Notes under the pieces: generated by a model | What the model was told of the DNA's origin: nothing | The model's database searches: none | The model's input: the letters and a program-made list of their open reading frames with translations, nothing else | NCBI GenBank assembly: GCA_036785375.1 | Contig: JAWMAR010000342.1 | Location: forward strand, 1,674,001 to 1,738,000 | DNA length: 64,000 nt | DNA from: Leucoraja ocellata | Lineage: Eukaryota | Reading direction: 5' to 3' | Part shown: positions 24,698 through 38,434 of the stretch, in pieces | Numbering within the stretch: position 1 is the stretch's first letter | Layout: each line of letters opens with the position of its first letter | Made by a program: the position numbers and the translations under genes

Positions 24698-27600
24698 CGT
24701 GCCCTACTATTAAATATCCTGTAATTTGGTATGGACATGCCCAATGGATAAGGGATCCTGACCAAAGCAGATAGACCATTCTCAAGGTGCCAATTGTTTG
24801 AGGAAGGTTAACATGCATAAAAACAATCTGGTGTAGGATGCGCAGCTTTAAAGACCGTCTTCAACCATGATTTTTATTGATATAATGAGAATTCAAGAAT
24901 AATGTACGAGAACACCTCAGCTCTTACAAAAATACTTTGTTGTTATTAGAATACCTCAAGCTGTTTCACAAGATGTCATTTTCTGCATCAGTGGGAAACA
25001 CCAATAATCCCAGATCTTTACAGGAGACACGTGGAACAGTTAACTGGATACTAAAGTGACTGCGTTCAATGAATTGCAGGGGAAATGATAAATGATGCAT
25101 GTTTCTTCATTTAAAATGACAGAAGATGAAAATGAACTGAGGTGTGAAACAAGAACAAGGCTAACCACACAGTGCAAATGGCGGAGATCAAACAGCTGAG
25201 CTGGGTTCTACAAGAACCTATAATTCAGTGTCCATGATCCTTATTGTTTGGATGATAATTAATTTATTAGAATGTTGAATTAATGAAGAGAACTTTATTT
25301 TTCAGGCAGTCGACCTTTACATTAAGATTCCATGCTTTAAACTTCTTCCATCAAAAACATGGCTATCCTGCCGTAGTTTTACACATTTCTATTGCATCTG
25401 TCTTACTTTGCAAAATATTAAATCTTAATAGTAAATTAGATTAGTAAATAAATGGACCCTTGTGGTGCTGATCTATGGAGGCTCAGATTGCCTCAGATGT
25501 AGTGTCTGGCTGAGTGGTCAACACAATACGTTTTGGAATCACTGGAATAGGATAAGTATCAGTGCATAATCATTATCCATTCCAAAGTTCATACCCGTTT
25601 AAGTCATGGTCAAGCTTGACTGTGGTACATGTTTTATATCAACAACTTATGGTAATCTTTATGCAGGGATTGTGCAAAGTCTCTGTGCAAGGTTAAGTGA
25701 AGATAGGGTAATTAAAATACATCACGGTGGCAGGTTGAATATCATTAACATTTTATTTGCACATTGGACAGTGACGAAGATATATGTTTCTTTGTTTGAA
25801 TTAATAAGAGATTATTTATTTGCTTCAGTGAAGTATAAAAATTAAGATCATATCAAATATTACTGTATCAAATATAGAAGCAAAAGTATACCTTTTGTAA
25901 TAAATTTTCATCAGAATTCTCTGAATGGACTAGTTTTCATCTAATAATTTTATTTAACATAATTTATTTGGAAGCCTGACACCAAAGTACAAAAAGTGGA
26001 AACTATGCCTATAGATTTAATTATTTTAGGTATCAAAGACTAAATTCAGCAGGAGCTCATGTGACTAAAAAAGTGGAATTACCATTTTGGCCTTAATTTG
26101 ACACAATGGAATTAAGAAATATTCTCCTCGAAGTGTATATTTACCTTAAATATTGAAAGCTTATTGAAGACTGTACATAATTCCTATGTATAAATTAGGA
26201 AATGTTTTACAGCAATATGATTGCTCTGGCTAAGTAACAACACATACACTATTAAAGTGATTTATTGAAAATCAGATGCATGTATATCACATGATCAGAA
26301 GCATGTATGTGCTGTGAAAGCACATACACTTAAGGGATTATTTAACTTCTTGTAATAAGTTACAGTATAATGCCTTCATAAATGCTTAATGGAACCATCA
26401 TTACATTTGAAATAAAATATTAAGTGCCACATATAAAATATTTACAACATAGCAATACCAAGCATTTAATGAAACTGGATGACAAACTAAATAAAAAGTA
26501 AACACAAACATACAAAATATGTTGAAAGTGAAATCAATAAATTGGAAGCCTGTATACCAATCTTGCAACATCTTATATATCGGCACATATTATGTTTAAT
26601 GTTTTAACCTCACAGTGAGAACACTCTTGTTTTACTGCAGTGGCTAAAATGTCTTTCTGTAAGGTTTCCTCTACCAAACTGTTCCTTATCTAGCTCTTTT
26701 CTTCCATACTGAATCTCTGACTTTTTTTTTACAATTTCATAGTTGCTTTCTTTAATTTTTTTGTCCTTGCTGAGAGAAATAATACGCATTCCATACAATA
26801 TGTTTCTAAAAGTTATGGTAAAACTCTAATTTGGTATTACAATATTGCTGAACAGTTTAAAAAATATTATGAACTATGAAGTAAACGTTCGGACTTTTGA
26901 AAACTAACATTTTCATTTTGAAAATATGATCCATATATTATCAATATTATCAGTTTTTATAAGCAACATTGTAATAAATATTCATATATTGAAAGTGAAA
27001 ATGGGAGCAATTGTACTGTAACATCACAATGGAAAGAAAACACATTCCATTTGATTGGGTTTACTCCCATTCAAAAAAAACTTTGGAATGGAACTATTCC
27101 ACAGGAATGTAACTGATAATTTCTGAAAATGGCAGTGAAAGTTTAACAGAACTGGGTTAAAGCTGTTGTCTGGAGTTTCACAAATTTTATGCTGAAGTTG
27201 TAGCACTGGATCAAGAGAATCACTGTCTAAGTGACTGTCATCACAACAAGAAAACTATAAATTTTGTTTCAGCTTGGAAACTGATACCATTATTAGAAGT
27301 ACTATCTTGAAAGGATTAATGCATTGTATAAAGAAGTCGAACTGACAGCTATTATTAATGAAACACTGTTGGAAATTGGTTCTACCTCTAACAATGTTAA
27401 TTCTTTCCCCTTGCGATGTTAACTTCAGTGGCCCTTTCATGACTAGAAATAAAGTCATTTCCATTTTGGAATAGATGGACAGCAATGAGTGAAATAAAGA
27501 AAAAAAATGTTGATATTAAATGCAACATCAATTTTTTATGAGGAGTAAGATGGTAAGACTAGCCCTCAGCCACAAACCATTACTTTCTCACCAACTTCAT

Positions 27601-27699
27601 CTGCCTCTATTACATGGATTATTCATTGGCTTGGCATGAAACAGAAACTGCTGAAAGTATTCAACAGAATCTTTGGAGAGAGCGGCAGAGTTAACGGGG

Positions 27700-27790
27700 C
27701 AACTCTCTTTCTCTTCCACAGATGCCGCCCCATTTGCTGATCATTTTCAGCATTCTCTGTTTTCAGATTTCTGGCAACAGCCATTCTTTG
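27700..27790 (+). mobile_element. Old Penelope-derived short repeat
   Basis: ctctttctcttccacagatgccgccc..ttgctgatcattttcagcattctctgttttcagattt. Confidence 0.55.
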
Positions 27791-27869
27791 AGTTTGGATT
27801 CATAATTTGGTGTCCTGTTTCCATTGCATGAGTACTTCCTTAACAAAGTGCACTGACACCACATCGACA

Positions 27870-28430
27870 GTATCGTTCCTTAAGGCAGTTCATGTTCTTA
27901 TTTATGCCTTCAACACCTCAAAACATAATCATTCCAATCCTTTGCTGAGAAACCTCCCAATCCCCCATTCTCTGCAGGTTTCAGTACATCCAATTTTCTG
28001 CTTCCTGTGTCTTACTCTGTGCCAAGTACTGCTCAATCATCAGTTGCTCTCTTCACTGATCTATCTGGTTTCCAATTTAACAATTTCTTGGTTCTAAACT
28101 CTCCATGACCTCACTATTCCTTATCTTACTAATCTTCTCAAGTTCCACAATCTCCTTCCATCCTATGAATCTTTACTCTATTGATATTAACTTCCTGTGC
28201 AATCATCCTTCTTTGACCGGTCTCTGGTAGTCATACCTATTGCCAGGTAGATCCACACTCCAGAATTCTTATTGCAACTTAATGTGCATGTCTGCATCAT
28301 TAAATGTCCTTCTTAAAATTCATCTCTTGAGATTTGTTTAGAATCACACCTTATTTGGCTTTGCCTTCATATTCTACAAACCTCTGCAAAACATCTGATC
28401 ATGTTTTTCTGAGTTAAAGTATTGCTCTTG
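27870..28430 (+). mobile_element. Old L2-like LINE 3' remnant
   Basis: atttatgccttcaacacctcaaaacataatcattccaat (IHAFxTSRLDYSN-like) and ttctaaactctccatgacctcac...cttatct. Confidence 0.5.
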
Positions 28431-28787
28431 TTTATATTTTAATTTGCATTCGAGTTAGAATATTAATGTTGCTTATGGTTTAACTGACAATATGGTCAAC
28501 CGAATGATGGAACAGTAAGCATTAAGTATGTGCTATTATTACAAGGCTATGGTGAGAAAAACCCTGCAAAACCTCCTGTGATTCTGAAAAGAAAACAGAC
28601 CTACCTCACACCTGGGAAGCAAATGTCCATCTCCCTCTGAGCCAATATCACAATGAAAGTTTCCCAAAAATGACTTTGAAGAAGCTAGTGAACACACTTT
28701 AGCCCAAAGATTTATTTATCCACTAGTACTGATTTTCAATTCACAGAGGCAAACTGGACTTTAAAAAAACTAAAAGGATAAAGACTA

Positions 28788-28982
<195 letters not shown>

Positions 28983-29907
28983 TCAGAACACCAATGGAGA
29001 CACTTTTTTCATTTCAGAACACATTATCTGTAATAAAGAGAAGCCATATTTTAGGACAATAATGATCCAATTGATCCACTAGCATCTCAATTAATCAATT
29101 AATTTAATGGAAATATCCTGGCAGAACTTTGTATTATACAAAAAGAAAGAAATAAGTGGAGTTCAAAATCTAATTTCAGAAGCTGGCATTAGAGAGGGAA
29201 ATATGGAGACAATATCTATAGACATAAACACAGCAAATTCCTTTGATGTGACAATAGAAGTCGGCCATTCTGTTTGCTCAGTCTTTTAATCAAATTACAC
29301 CTGATCTGTTTACCACCCTGGGAAACATATATTAACCCAATCAAACAATTCAACAGAGGAACAGGAGAAACATAAATACTAAGTGGTTCATCAGTTTTAT
29401 AATTGCACAACCTCAATAGCGCTTAATGTTTTTGCAACTATTAATTAATGTGACTCAGCATAATAATGCTACTATGTGGAACGCTTGGCTAAATCAGTTT
29501 GAAGAGAAAATGGTTTGCACCCAGATATAAACAAATAAGGTATTAACTGAAGAAATCAGCCTCTGATTTGCACAAATTTGACCCTGCAAACAAATGGTGG
29601 TGATGCACAGTGTGATCAGGAGTTGGTTCAGTTGGTTGGTCTGGGCCAATGGTAAATTCAACTGACTGCGACAGCCATTTTAGGGATCCTGGGAGAAGGT
29701 AGGGTGAGTTGTGGGATTGTGAAAAGACTGAGCGGCAGAGACCATCAGTACTGTGGTGATAACCCGGAGAGCAAGCTGTTGCAACCTAGTCCCAATCACG
29801 GCAAGTAGAGAGAAGTTAAAACAGATATCACAAATGGTGGAAATATCAGTGGAGAGTGAAACAGAGTTAATTCTTCAATCATGGATTTGCATCAAAGTAG
29901 TGAGAGT

Positions 29908-30292
29908 TAACATAGAAAATAGGTGCAGGAGGAGGCCATCTGGCCTTTCGAGCCAGCACCGCCATTCATTGGGATCAAGGCTGGTCATCCACAATCAGTA
30001 ACCCGTGCCTGCCTTCTCCCCATATCCCTTGATTCCGCTATCTAACTCTCTTTAAAATTCATCCAGTGAATTGGCCTCTACTGCCTTCTGTGGCAGAGAA
30101 TTCCACAAATTCACAACTCTCTGGGTGAAAACGTTTTTTTCTCAACTCAGTTTTAAATGGCCTCCCCTTTATTCTTAGACTGTGGTCCCTGGTTCTGGAC
30201 TCCTCCATCATTAGGAACATTTTTCCTACATCTAGCTTGTCCAGTCCTTTTATAATGTTATACGTTTATGTATGATAGCCTCTCATCCTTCT
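29908..30292 (-). mobile_element. CR1/HER1-like LINE 3' end
   Basis: catagaaaataggtgcaggaggaggccat...gaattccacaaattcacaactctctgggtgaaa; same family as 14863. Confidence 0.9.
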
Positions 30293-30504
30293 ACTTTGAA
30301 GAAAATAGGTTAAATTTGTCTTGGGTAGCCTTCAGGTGTGCCTTTAAGGACAACTTGTCAGACTGTCTTTGGCAACAAAATCTAGCTGCAGCCTGAATGA
30401 CATGAGAACAATAAAATGTCAAGTTCCTGTGGCACTTAGGACAGTTTTTCGAAATCAAGCAAAACACTTGAATGGGAATGATAAGCAAAGTTGTGGGCTG
30501 AGAC

Positions 30505-30638
30505 TCTTCAGATTGAACAAAGGCCCCGGCCCGAAACGTCACCTATCCATTCCCTCCCCAGATGCTGCCTGACCTGCTGAGTACTCCAGCATTTTGTGAT
30601 TTGCTCAAGATCCCAGCATCTGTAGTTCCTTGTATCCT
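30505..30638 (+). mobile_element. Penelope-derived short element (degenerate hammerhead)
   Basis: ttgaacaaaggccccggcccGAAAcgtcacctatcc...cagatgctgcctgacctgctgagtactccagc. Confidence 0.75.
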
Positions 30639-30968
30639 TCTTTTGAAATTAATAATGTTTCCCTTGTATTATGCCAGAGAAACAAGAAAACATGTATTTA
30701 ATTTAATTTTCTCAAATTCTAATTCCGCTCAACTAGATGGCTTCATCATGTCCAGCATATAAAGCCAAACCACAACCTCATCACATGCCAAGCATTGCCA
30801 GTGGGAACAAACAGAAATAGTGTATTCTTGAAGCATTCCTTTAAAAAAAGTATTTAGCATAAAAAAATATTACTTCGATACTTTATTGATCCCATGACTA
30901 TGGCTCAGGAGACTTTATGTGGAATAGGTTTAAATTTGTTCATTTAAATTAAACAGCAAACTCAGATA

Positions 30969-32276
30969 GTCAAGTCAAGTCAATTTTATTTGTCACATAC
31001 ACATACGAGATGTGCAGTGAAATGAAAGTGGCAATGCTCGCGGACTTTTGTGCAAAAGACAAACAACAAAACAACCAAACAAATTATAAACACAATCATA
31101 ACACACATATTCTTTTACATAATAAATAATGGAAGGAAAAAACGTTCAGTAGAGTTAGTCCCTGGTGAGATAGGCGTTTACAGTCCGAATTGCCTCTGGG
31201 AAGAAACTCCTTCTCAACCTCTCCGTTCTCACCGCATGGCAACGGAGGCGTTTGCCTGACCGTAGCAGCTGGAACAGTCTGTTGCAGAGGTGGAAGAGGT
31301 CTCCCATGATTTTATTTGCTCTGGAGTTGCACCTCTTGTGGTATAGTTCCTGCAGGGGGGTGAGTGAAGTTCCCATAGTGCGTTCGGCCGAACGCACTAC
31401 TCTCTGCAGAGCCTTCTTGTCCTTGGCAGAGCAATTCCCAAACCAGATGGTAATGTTCCCGGACAAGATGCTTTCCACCGCCGCTGCGTAGAAGCACTGG
31501 AGGATCCTCGGAGACCCTCTGAATTTCCTCAATTGCCTGAGGTGGTAAAGGCGCTGCCTTGCCTTACTCACGAGTGCTGAGGCATGTGATGCCCATGTCA
31601 TATCCTCGGAGATGTGGACTCCCAGATATTTAAAACAGTTCACTCTATCCACAGGATCCCCATTTAAACTCAATGGAGTGTACGTCCTCGGATGATGTGC
31701 CCTCCTAAAGTCCATGATCAGCTCCTTTGTTTTTTTGATGTTCAAGAGGAGGCTGTTATCCTGGCACCAGAGTGCTAGATCAGCCACCTCCTCCCGGTAG
31801 GCCTTCTCATCGTTGTCTGAGATCAGGCCCACCACCACAGTGTCATCAGCAAACTTAATTATTGAATTGGAGCTGAACCTAGCCACACAGTCATGTGTGT
31901 ACAGGGAGTACAATAGGGGGCTGAGGACGCAACCCTGGGGCGATCCTGTGCTCAGGGTGAGGGACTCCGATGTATTCCCTCCCATCTTGACTACCTGGGG
32001 CCTGGCGGTGAGAAAGTCCAGGACCCAGGCACACAGGGAGGTGTTGAGCCCCAATTCCATTAGCTTCCCGGCCAGTCTGGTGGGGACTATCGTGTTGAAG
32101 GCTGAACTGTAGTCTATGAACAGCATCCTCACGTAGCCCCCCTTCTGGCTGTCCAGATGGGAGAGAGCGGTGTGCAAGACCTGGGAGACCGCATTGGCCG
32201 TGGACCTGTTCGGACGATATGCGAACTGCAATGGGTCCATGTTCCAAGGGAGGAAGGCGCAGATGTGATTCTTCAC
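30969..32276 (-). mobile_element. Rex1/Babar-like LINE, 5'-truncated, with an uninterrupted 373-aa RT C-terminal frame
   Basis: ORF 31155..32276: [13 protein letters not shown]...[16 protein letters not shown]...[13 protein letters not shown]...KFADD. Tail (ttgac)n; candidate TSD cagata at 30963-68 and 32277-82. Confidence 0.93.
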
Positions 32277-32909
32277 CAGATATACATTGAGCTTGAGCTA
32301 CGTCAAATTCCATGTGACAGAAGAATGGTAGGACATAACGAAGAGTATTGTATGGATCTACTAATATGTGTGTTGCCATTTATTCAACCTAACTGAAACA
32401 AAATGGACTGATGCATATTCTGTGCTATTTCTAAAACTAATTTCATCCCGCTCCAAATAATGGCCTAAATTGATGCTGACTGACGACCAACAGTTTCAAA
32501 GGAAACCATCAGTTTTCAGCCATTCATATCTCAGCATTTCTTGGACTACTGTGTACGAGTCAAATGCCTGAGAGTAAGATGAACTGGAGGACAGATGCAG
32601 GTGCATTTGACTGTCCATCAGAGACTTTACTCATTGCTGAGCTATGGGGCAAAGCAGTGATTTTCTGAAGAGAAAAGCCAGTTGCACTTTGTATTCAGCT
32701 CTTAGGCTCAGTTGGGCAGTGAACATTAACCCTGTTGATTTAAATAGGCTCAACAACCTGATGGAAAATGTATGCATGTGCTAACATTTAATTGCATTTA
32801 TTTCATTTAAATATGTTTAATTATTGTTTTTCTTATCTCAATGTGTTTTAATTATTTTTTTAAACATTTCTTTACCAACTTAAATCTGTTTGAACTGTTT
32901 TAACATGCC

Positions 32910-33147
32910 TCTAGAGTGGTGAATCTCTGGAACTCTCTGCCACAGAAGGTAGTTGAAGCCAGTTCATTGGCTATATTTAAGAGGGAGTTAGATGTGGCCC
33001 TTGTGGCTACAGGGATCAGGGGGTATGGAGAGAAGGCAGGTACAGGATACTGAGTTGGATGATCAGCCATGATCATATTGAATGGCGGTGCAGGCTCGAA
33101 GGGCCGAATGGCCTACTACTGCACCTATTTTCTATGTTTCTATGTCT
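32910..33147 (+). mobile_element. CR1/HER1-like LINE 3' end (young)
   Basis: Near-identical reverse complement of 14863-15100. Confidence 0.9.
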
Positions 33148-33759
33148 ATCAGAGCCATTTAAAATAGTTTTAAAGCCTTTTACAGAAGGCAAGCAGTCAA
33201 AGGCTGTCCGGGTCTTCCTTAGGGAACAATGCTTGGGCCTGGCTCATTATGTGGATTCTGTTATGCCCTGTCGGGAGACTGTTGACTGTGGTGATTCAGT
33301 TTACGTAGTCCTCCACCTCCAGGAGGTCAATGTTAGTAAGCAAAGGATGCAAGCAGAGAGCCAGGATCGAGTCATTCTGACAGAATCCAGTTTCTTTTCT
33401 TCCAAAACCCGAAGCATCAGTTCGCAAGAGTGCATGGTTACTGAATCACCTATCACTTTCCTCCATTTGTCCTTGGATTACTTGGGGAAATTGTATAGTA
33501 TTACAAGAATAATGAGCACCAATACCAGCCGTTCAGCTATTCTAGTGGGTGCAGGTGTTTATAATCAACATGAATCTCCTCCCATTCCACCTACTTTATC
33601 TGAGCCTTTCAGGATAGCTTTTTTCCATTTCTCTCATGCTTCTAGTATCTTTGAAAAGCATCTGAACTAATTGATTCAATTTTTGCATATGATAAGAAGT
33701 TCCATTTTCTTACCACTTCTGATTAATGAAAATTCTTATTTGTCCATTGAAATAATTGA

Positions 33760-34074
33760 GGGGTGGCACGGTAGCATAGCAGTAGTGGTAGAGCTATTGC
33801 CTTACAGCGCCAGAGACCTGGGTTTGATCCTGACTACAGATCCTTGTCTGTAAGGAGTTTGTACGTTCTCCCCGTGGCCTGCGTGGGTTTTCTCCGAAGT
33901 CTACGGTTTCCTCTCACACTCCAAAGACGTACAGATTTGTAGATTAATTGGCTTGGTATAAATGTAAAACATTGTCCCGAGTGTGTGTGGGGTAGTGTTA
34001 ATGTGTGGGGATCACTGGTCGGTGCGGACTAGGTGGGCCAAAGGGCCTGTTTCCACGCTGTATCTCTAAACTAA
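33760..34074 (+). mobile_element. HE1-type V-SINE
   Basis: tRNA-like head, V-domain and 3' tail gggccaaagggcctgtttccacgctgtatctctaaact. Confidence 0.9.
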
Positions 34075-34360
34075 TTCATCAATATTCCCCACTTATTGTC
34101 ACTGAAACTGATTTCTCGTGACAGAATATACATCTATCCTTATTCTAAACATTTACATATCTATAACAGTCTTCTCTCCTTTAAACCAATGTCCAACCTG
34201 TTAAATCTTACCATACTTATATAGTGCAATCATACAGCACAGAAAGAGGCCCTTCAGCTCAATTCATCCATGCTGACAAAGATGCAGCAACTAAACTCAT
34301 CCACATTGCCCACATTTTGCCCATATCCCCCTAACCTTTCCTAACATTCCTAACTTTCCT

Positions 34361-34851
34361 AGTCTTCAGCCTCCATTGGGCAGCGGACATGCAGCGGCAA
34401 GGGGAGAACGAGCAGTAAAACACCCTTGAAAAGCACTGCATTGGGCACGGGTTTGCAGCAGCTGCAACGAAGCGAGGACCGGGATGTTGTATGCAGGTGC
34501 AGCCTGAGCCACAGACCCTGCGTTGCCCTGGCAATGCGGGCCTCGATCACCTGGTAATGGCGCGATGCTGCCATTGCACCGCCACCCACTTCCGCCAAGT
34601 TACCTAATAAGCTGACACCATGTGGCGTGCTTCTGGTTGCGGGAGTAGAGAGAGCGAGCAGTATGAAGGCAGCTTGAATACCTGGCATACTGCTTTTGGG
34701 GCCATGGGCTCTACGGCTCCGCGGCCTTTGAATTCACACTGGTTAAACCACCCATGGCACCGTACTTTTTCTCACCTAGCCATAGGGTAAAACAGTTAAT
34801 ACTTACCTCCTTGCTTGGTCATAGCAGGCAATTGGCAATAACGGACAATGT

Positions 34852-34882
<31 letters not shown>

Positions 34883-34912
34883 TATGGTCCATTATAATGA
34901 AGGTTCACTGTA
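34361..34912. mobile_element. Partial Tigger/pogo-like non-autonomous element
   Basis: Right end ccattataatgaaggttcactg|ta (reverse complement TA|cagtgaaccttcattataatgg); GC-rich interior and a poly-C run; no left TIR seen. Confidence 0.5.
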
Positions 34913-35095
34913 TTCAAATGTTTAATTTATTTACCATTCAGATTATATTTTTTTGTTCCAAGGCAACATGTGCATGAAATTTAGATGTGACTTGATGCGA
35001 TTGTCCCTCAGGTCAGCATGTCATAGCAAAACTGAATATAGATTTAAGATGTTTATGTTTTTTTAATAGGCATTAAACAGCTTCAATGTGTGTCA

Positions 35096-35689
35096 GAATG
35101 TGTAGGAAGAAACTACAGATGCTGGTTTACACCGAAGATATACACAAAAAGCTAGAGGAACTCAGCGGGTCAGGCAGCAACTCTGGAGAAAAGGAATAGG
35201 TGACATTTCAGGTCGAGACTCTTCTGCAGACTGAGGGTCAGGGGAAAGTGATATGAGAGATATAGAAGGTACATAGAGCAAATGAATGAAAGATATGCAG
35301 TGAAGCCAAATGCAATTTGGAGAAACAACATCTTATATTTCGCTAGCCAGCGGTATGAATTTGATTTCTCTATATTCAAGTAACCCTTGCACCCCCTCTC
35401 TCTCCGTCCCACCCCACCCTAGTCATCGTACTACTCTCGTCCTGTTGAGTTTAATTGTCTGTATAACTCATTATCCCCTAACCCATAGCCACCAATGGAC
35501 CATTATGGGCTTCAACTTCCCTCGTCATTGTTGCTTTTTGCATAACTTTCATTAATTTGTTCTATGTACCATCTATATCTCTCATTTTGCCGTCCCTGAC
35601 ATCAGTCTGAAGAAGGATCTCATCCTGACATGTCACCTATTCCATTTCTCCAGTGATGCTGCCTGACCCACTGAGTTTTTTGTGCCTGT
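35096..35689 (+). mobile_element. Truncated Penelope-like element with inverted terminal repeat and 15-bp flanking direct repeat
   Basis: cttcaatgtgtgtca at 35081-95 and 35690-704. 35100-35299 is inverted against 35535-35690. The centre has a degenerate LEKQHLIFR...SGMN..FS. Hammerhead remnants at 35200-35232 (-) and 35607-35634 (+). Confidence 0.85.
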
Positions 35690-36020
35690 CTTCAATGTGT
35701 GTCATATTGGACAGCATACTCTGAAAGACTGTATCATTTTGAACTTTTGCATGACTAATGCTCCATCTAATCCGGATGGATGTTCTGCAGAAAATTGGAT
35801 GTGGCATTCACTTGGTAGCTTCAAAAGCACCTTTGTAGTATCCTCACCGCTGAGCTAAATTACATTCAACAACAAACCTCCGCAAACACTTATGAAAATT
35901 TCTAGGATACATTTTAGAAATTTACTACACATCAGTGAAATTTATTATAAGTATTTTGCAATTTCTATCACCAGCAGTGTGCGTTCTCACTTCAAGCACA
36001 AAGACGTATACTACAAAAGT

Positions 36021-36150
36021 GAGCAGCTCATTTTTAATTCTTAATTGCCATGAAATCTTATCTTCAGTAAAGAAAGTGGAAAGTGATATGCGGAATCATG
36101 AGTACAAAAGGTATTAAGAAGCAATTTACTGGCTTCATTATTTAAACATA
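36021..36150 (+). repeat. Dispersed ~125-bp duplicate, copy A (copy B at 53716-53845)
   Basis: Collinear shared blocks agcagct.atttttaattcttaatt, gtaaagaaagtg.aaagtgata, aagcaattta and cattatttaaaca. Confidence 0.85.
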
Positions 36151-36805
36151 GCACAGGATACACAGAACACCCTGTGAAACATTATCTCTGCTGTGTTGTG
36201 GTCATTCTCCATTAAGAAGTTACTAGTTCTGCATTCTGTCACAGATCCACAGTATAAATATACAATTAATTAGTTTGCAAATTTATCAAAAACAATACCC
36301 TGACTGTTATAATAAATATTTGCCTAGACTACCCTCTCTTACATAGTAATGCCACTGATGGTATTTCTAAACTATTATTGAGAACGACAACATATCATTG
36401 AGTCATTGTATGCACAATGTCATGGTAAGAAAACATGATAGCAATAAAAGTCCACCCCACCCCTGTATACCACACTCACACTGCTGCTGCTTCTGCTGGG
36501 GAAGCCACTAGAACTACAAATCACCTTTGTTTCACATTCACCTTCCTCAATAGTACAGGTACATATTGGAAGAATTTAACAATGTATACAAATGTCTGAA
36601 GATGTAATCAGCATTGGAAACAAAATCTAGTTGATGATTATGATTGTCTTTAATTTGCTTTATTCTTTTCTGCTGAAAAGTTAGTGGGACTAGCTTTTTA
36701 CCGCTGCTGTTTGGAAGTTGAACTCTTACCAATATCTACAGAATCGCCATAGAAAACATCCTATCTAAACGCATCACAGGTTTGGATGGCAACTTTGTAT
36801 GGCAA

Positions 36806-37097
36806 GGAGGCACAGAGGCACAGCTGATAGAGTTGCTGCCTCACTGTGCCAGAGACCTGGGTTCAATCTTAATCTCGGGTGCTGTCTGTGTGGAGTTTGC
36901 ATGTTCTCCCTGTAACCATGTGGGTTTCCTCCTGTGGCTCTGGTGTCCCCCTACATCCCAAACACGTACAGGTTTGTAGGTTAATTGGCCTCTGTAAATT
37001 GCCCCTATGTGATCGATGGGTTCGACATGTACTCAGTGGGCCGAAGGTCCTGTTTCCATGCTGCATCGATAAACTAAAACTAAACCTAAACTAAACT
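36806..37097 (+). mobile_element. HE1-type V-SINE
   Basis: tRNA-like head, V-domain and (aaact)n tail. Confidence 0.88.
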
Positions 37098-37600
37098 GCT
37101 CTGCCCAAGACTACAGGAAATTGAAGAGAGTTGTGAATGCAGCCCAGTTCCATCACATAAACCAACCACCACCTCTCATTGACTTCTTCTACACTCCATG
37201 CTGCCATGGGAAAGTAGCCAGTATAATCAAGAATCATTCACATCTAGTCATTCTCTCTTCTTGCATTCCATTGGGCAGAAGATACAAAAGCTTGAATGCA
37301 TATAACACCAGATTCAGGAACAGCTTCCCTGCTGTTATCAGGCCTTCTCTTGTGCTATAGATGAATTTCTGAGTTTATAGTCTGGAGAACATCACCTATC
37401 CATATTCTCCAGAGATTCTGCATGACCAACTGAGTTACTCCAGCACTTTGTGTCATTTTGAAAACCAGCATCTATGGTTGCTTTTGTCTACATATTCTGC
37501 AATTGGTTTATTTTTGATTTAATGCTATCTGATGTACACATGCGTGGTATGATTTGCCTGAATAGTACATAAAATAAAGATTTTCACTGCATCTCAGTGC
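37098..37600 (+). mobile_element. Rex1-like LINE 3' remnant interrupted by a Penelope short repeat (37385-37490)
   Basis: KLKRVV..AQ...GRRYKSL...TRFRNSFPAVIR in ORF 37121..37360. Confidence 0.65.
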
Positions 37601-38434
37601 AGGTTTAAGGTTACGAACCTTAGCAGCAACTTCTTCACTCATAGTTGGAATGGGCTGTTGCAGGGCTCGAAATTAACGGTTGCCCGGGTGCCAATGACCA
37701 CCCAAAGTGCCGCCAGGCAACCTAAACGCCGAGTCATTTTGCCCGGCTTGGCACTAGATACTGGTTTATACCGAAGATAGACACAAAAAACTGTAGTAAC
37801 TCAGTGGGTCAGGCAGCATCTCTGGGGAAAAGGAACGTGACATTTCGTGTCGGCGGTGGCGACGGCTGCAGTGCGGGGCAAAGATACCAGGTGCGTGGTG
37901 ACGAGGGGTCGGAGCGAATGACGGGCCCCACATAGCAGCAGCAGCGGGCGTGACAGCGGCTCCACCTCCTCCTCCTCCCGCACCCCGCCCGCCCTGATAG
38001 TGGCCACGGCTTGCAAATCCACTAACGGTGATAACCGCTTTCAAAACAAACCCTCTCGCACATCGCTCGGGAGGAGGGAGGGAGGGGGTGGCCTCCTTCC
38101 ACCATCTGAAGCAGCAGCACCAAAGATCCTATAGCTATAGGATCTTTGAGCTGCACTGCTTGGCCCCGCAGCTTGCTGTTAGCTGGCGGAGAAGGGGAGG
38201 CGGTGGCGAGGAGATCCCAACCGCCTCCCTCTTTGGCGGCGGCACTTGGCGGTGGACAGGGACGGCCAAGGCAGCGGGGCGATGTTGTCCGAGGAGCGCT
38301 GACCTTCCTTCCTCCCAACCCCGCCTTCCCCCCTCTCTCTTTCTCTTGTACGCACCCCTCCACCCCTCTTATCCTGAGACCCCTCCTCTACATCCCACAC
38401 TGATCCCCATTCCCGCCTCTATTCAGCCCTCACT

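Noticed and set aside
26610-26798. Lysine-rich minus-strand ORF near the exon as a possible next RAR exon
   Set aside because: No similarity to the highly conserved RAR hinge exon; explained by T-rich sequence.
33059-33670. 203-aa ORF
   Set aside because: Starts inside a CR1 3' UTR and runs through degenerate repeat-like sequence; no recognisable domain.
34853-34882. Long poly-C/poly-G runs (also 23076-23093) as G-quadruplex elements
   Set aside because: Homopolymers internal to transposon copies; length is unreliable in assemblies and there is no evidence of function.
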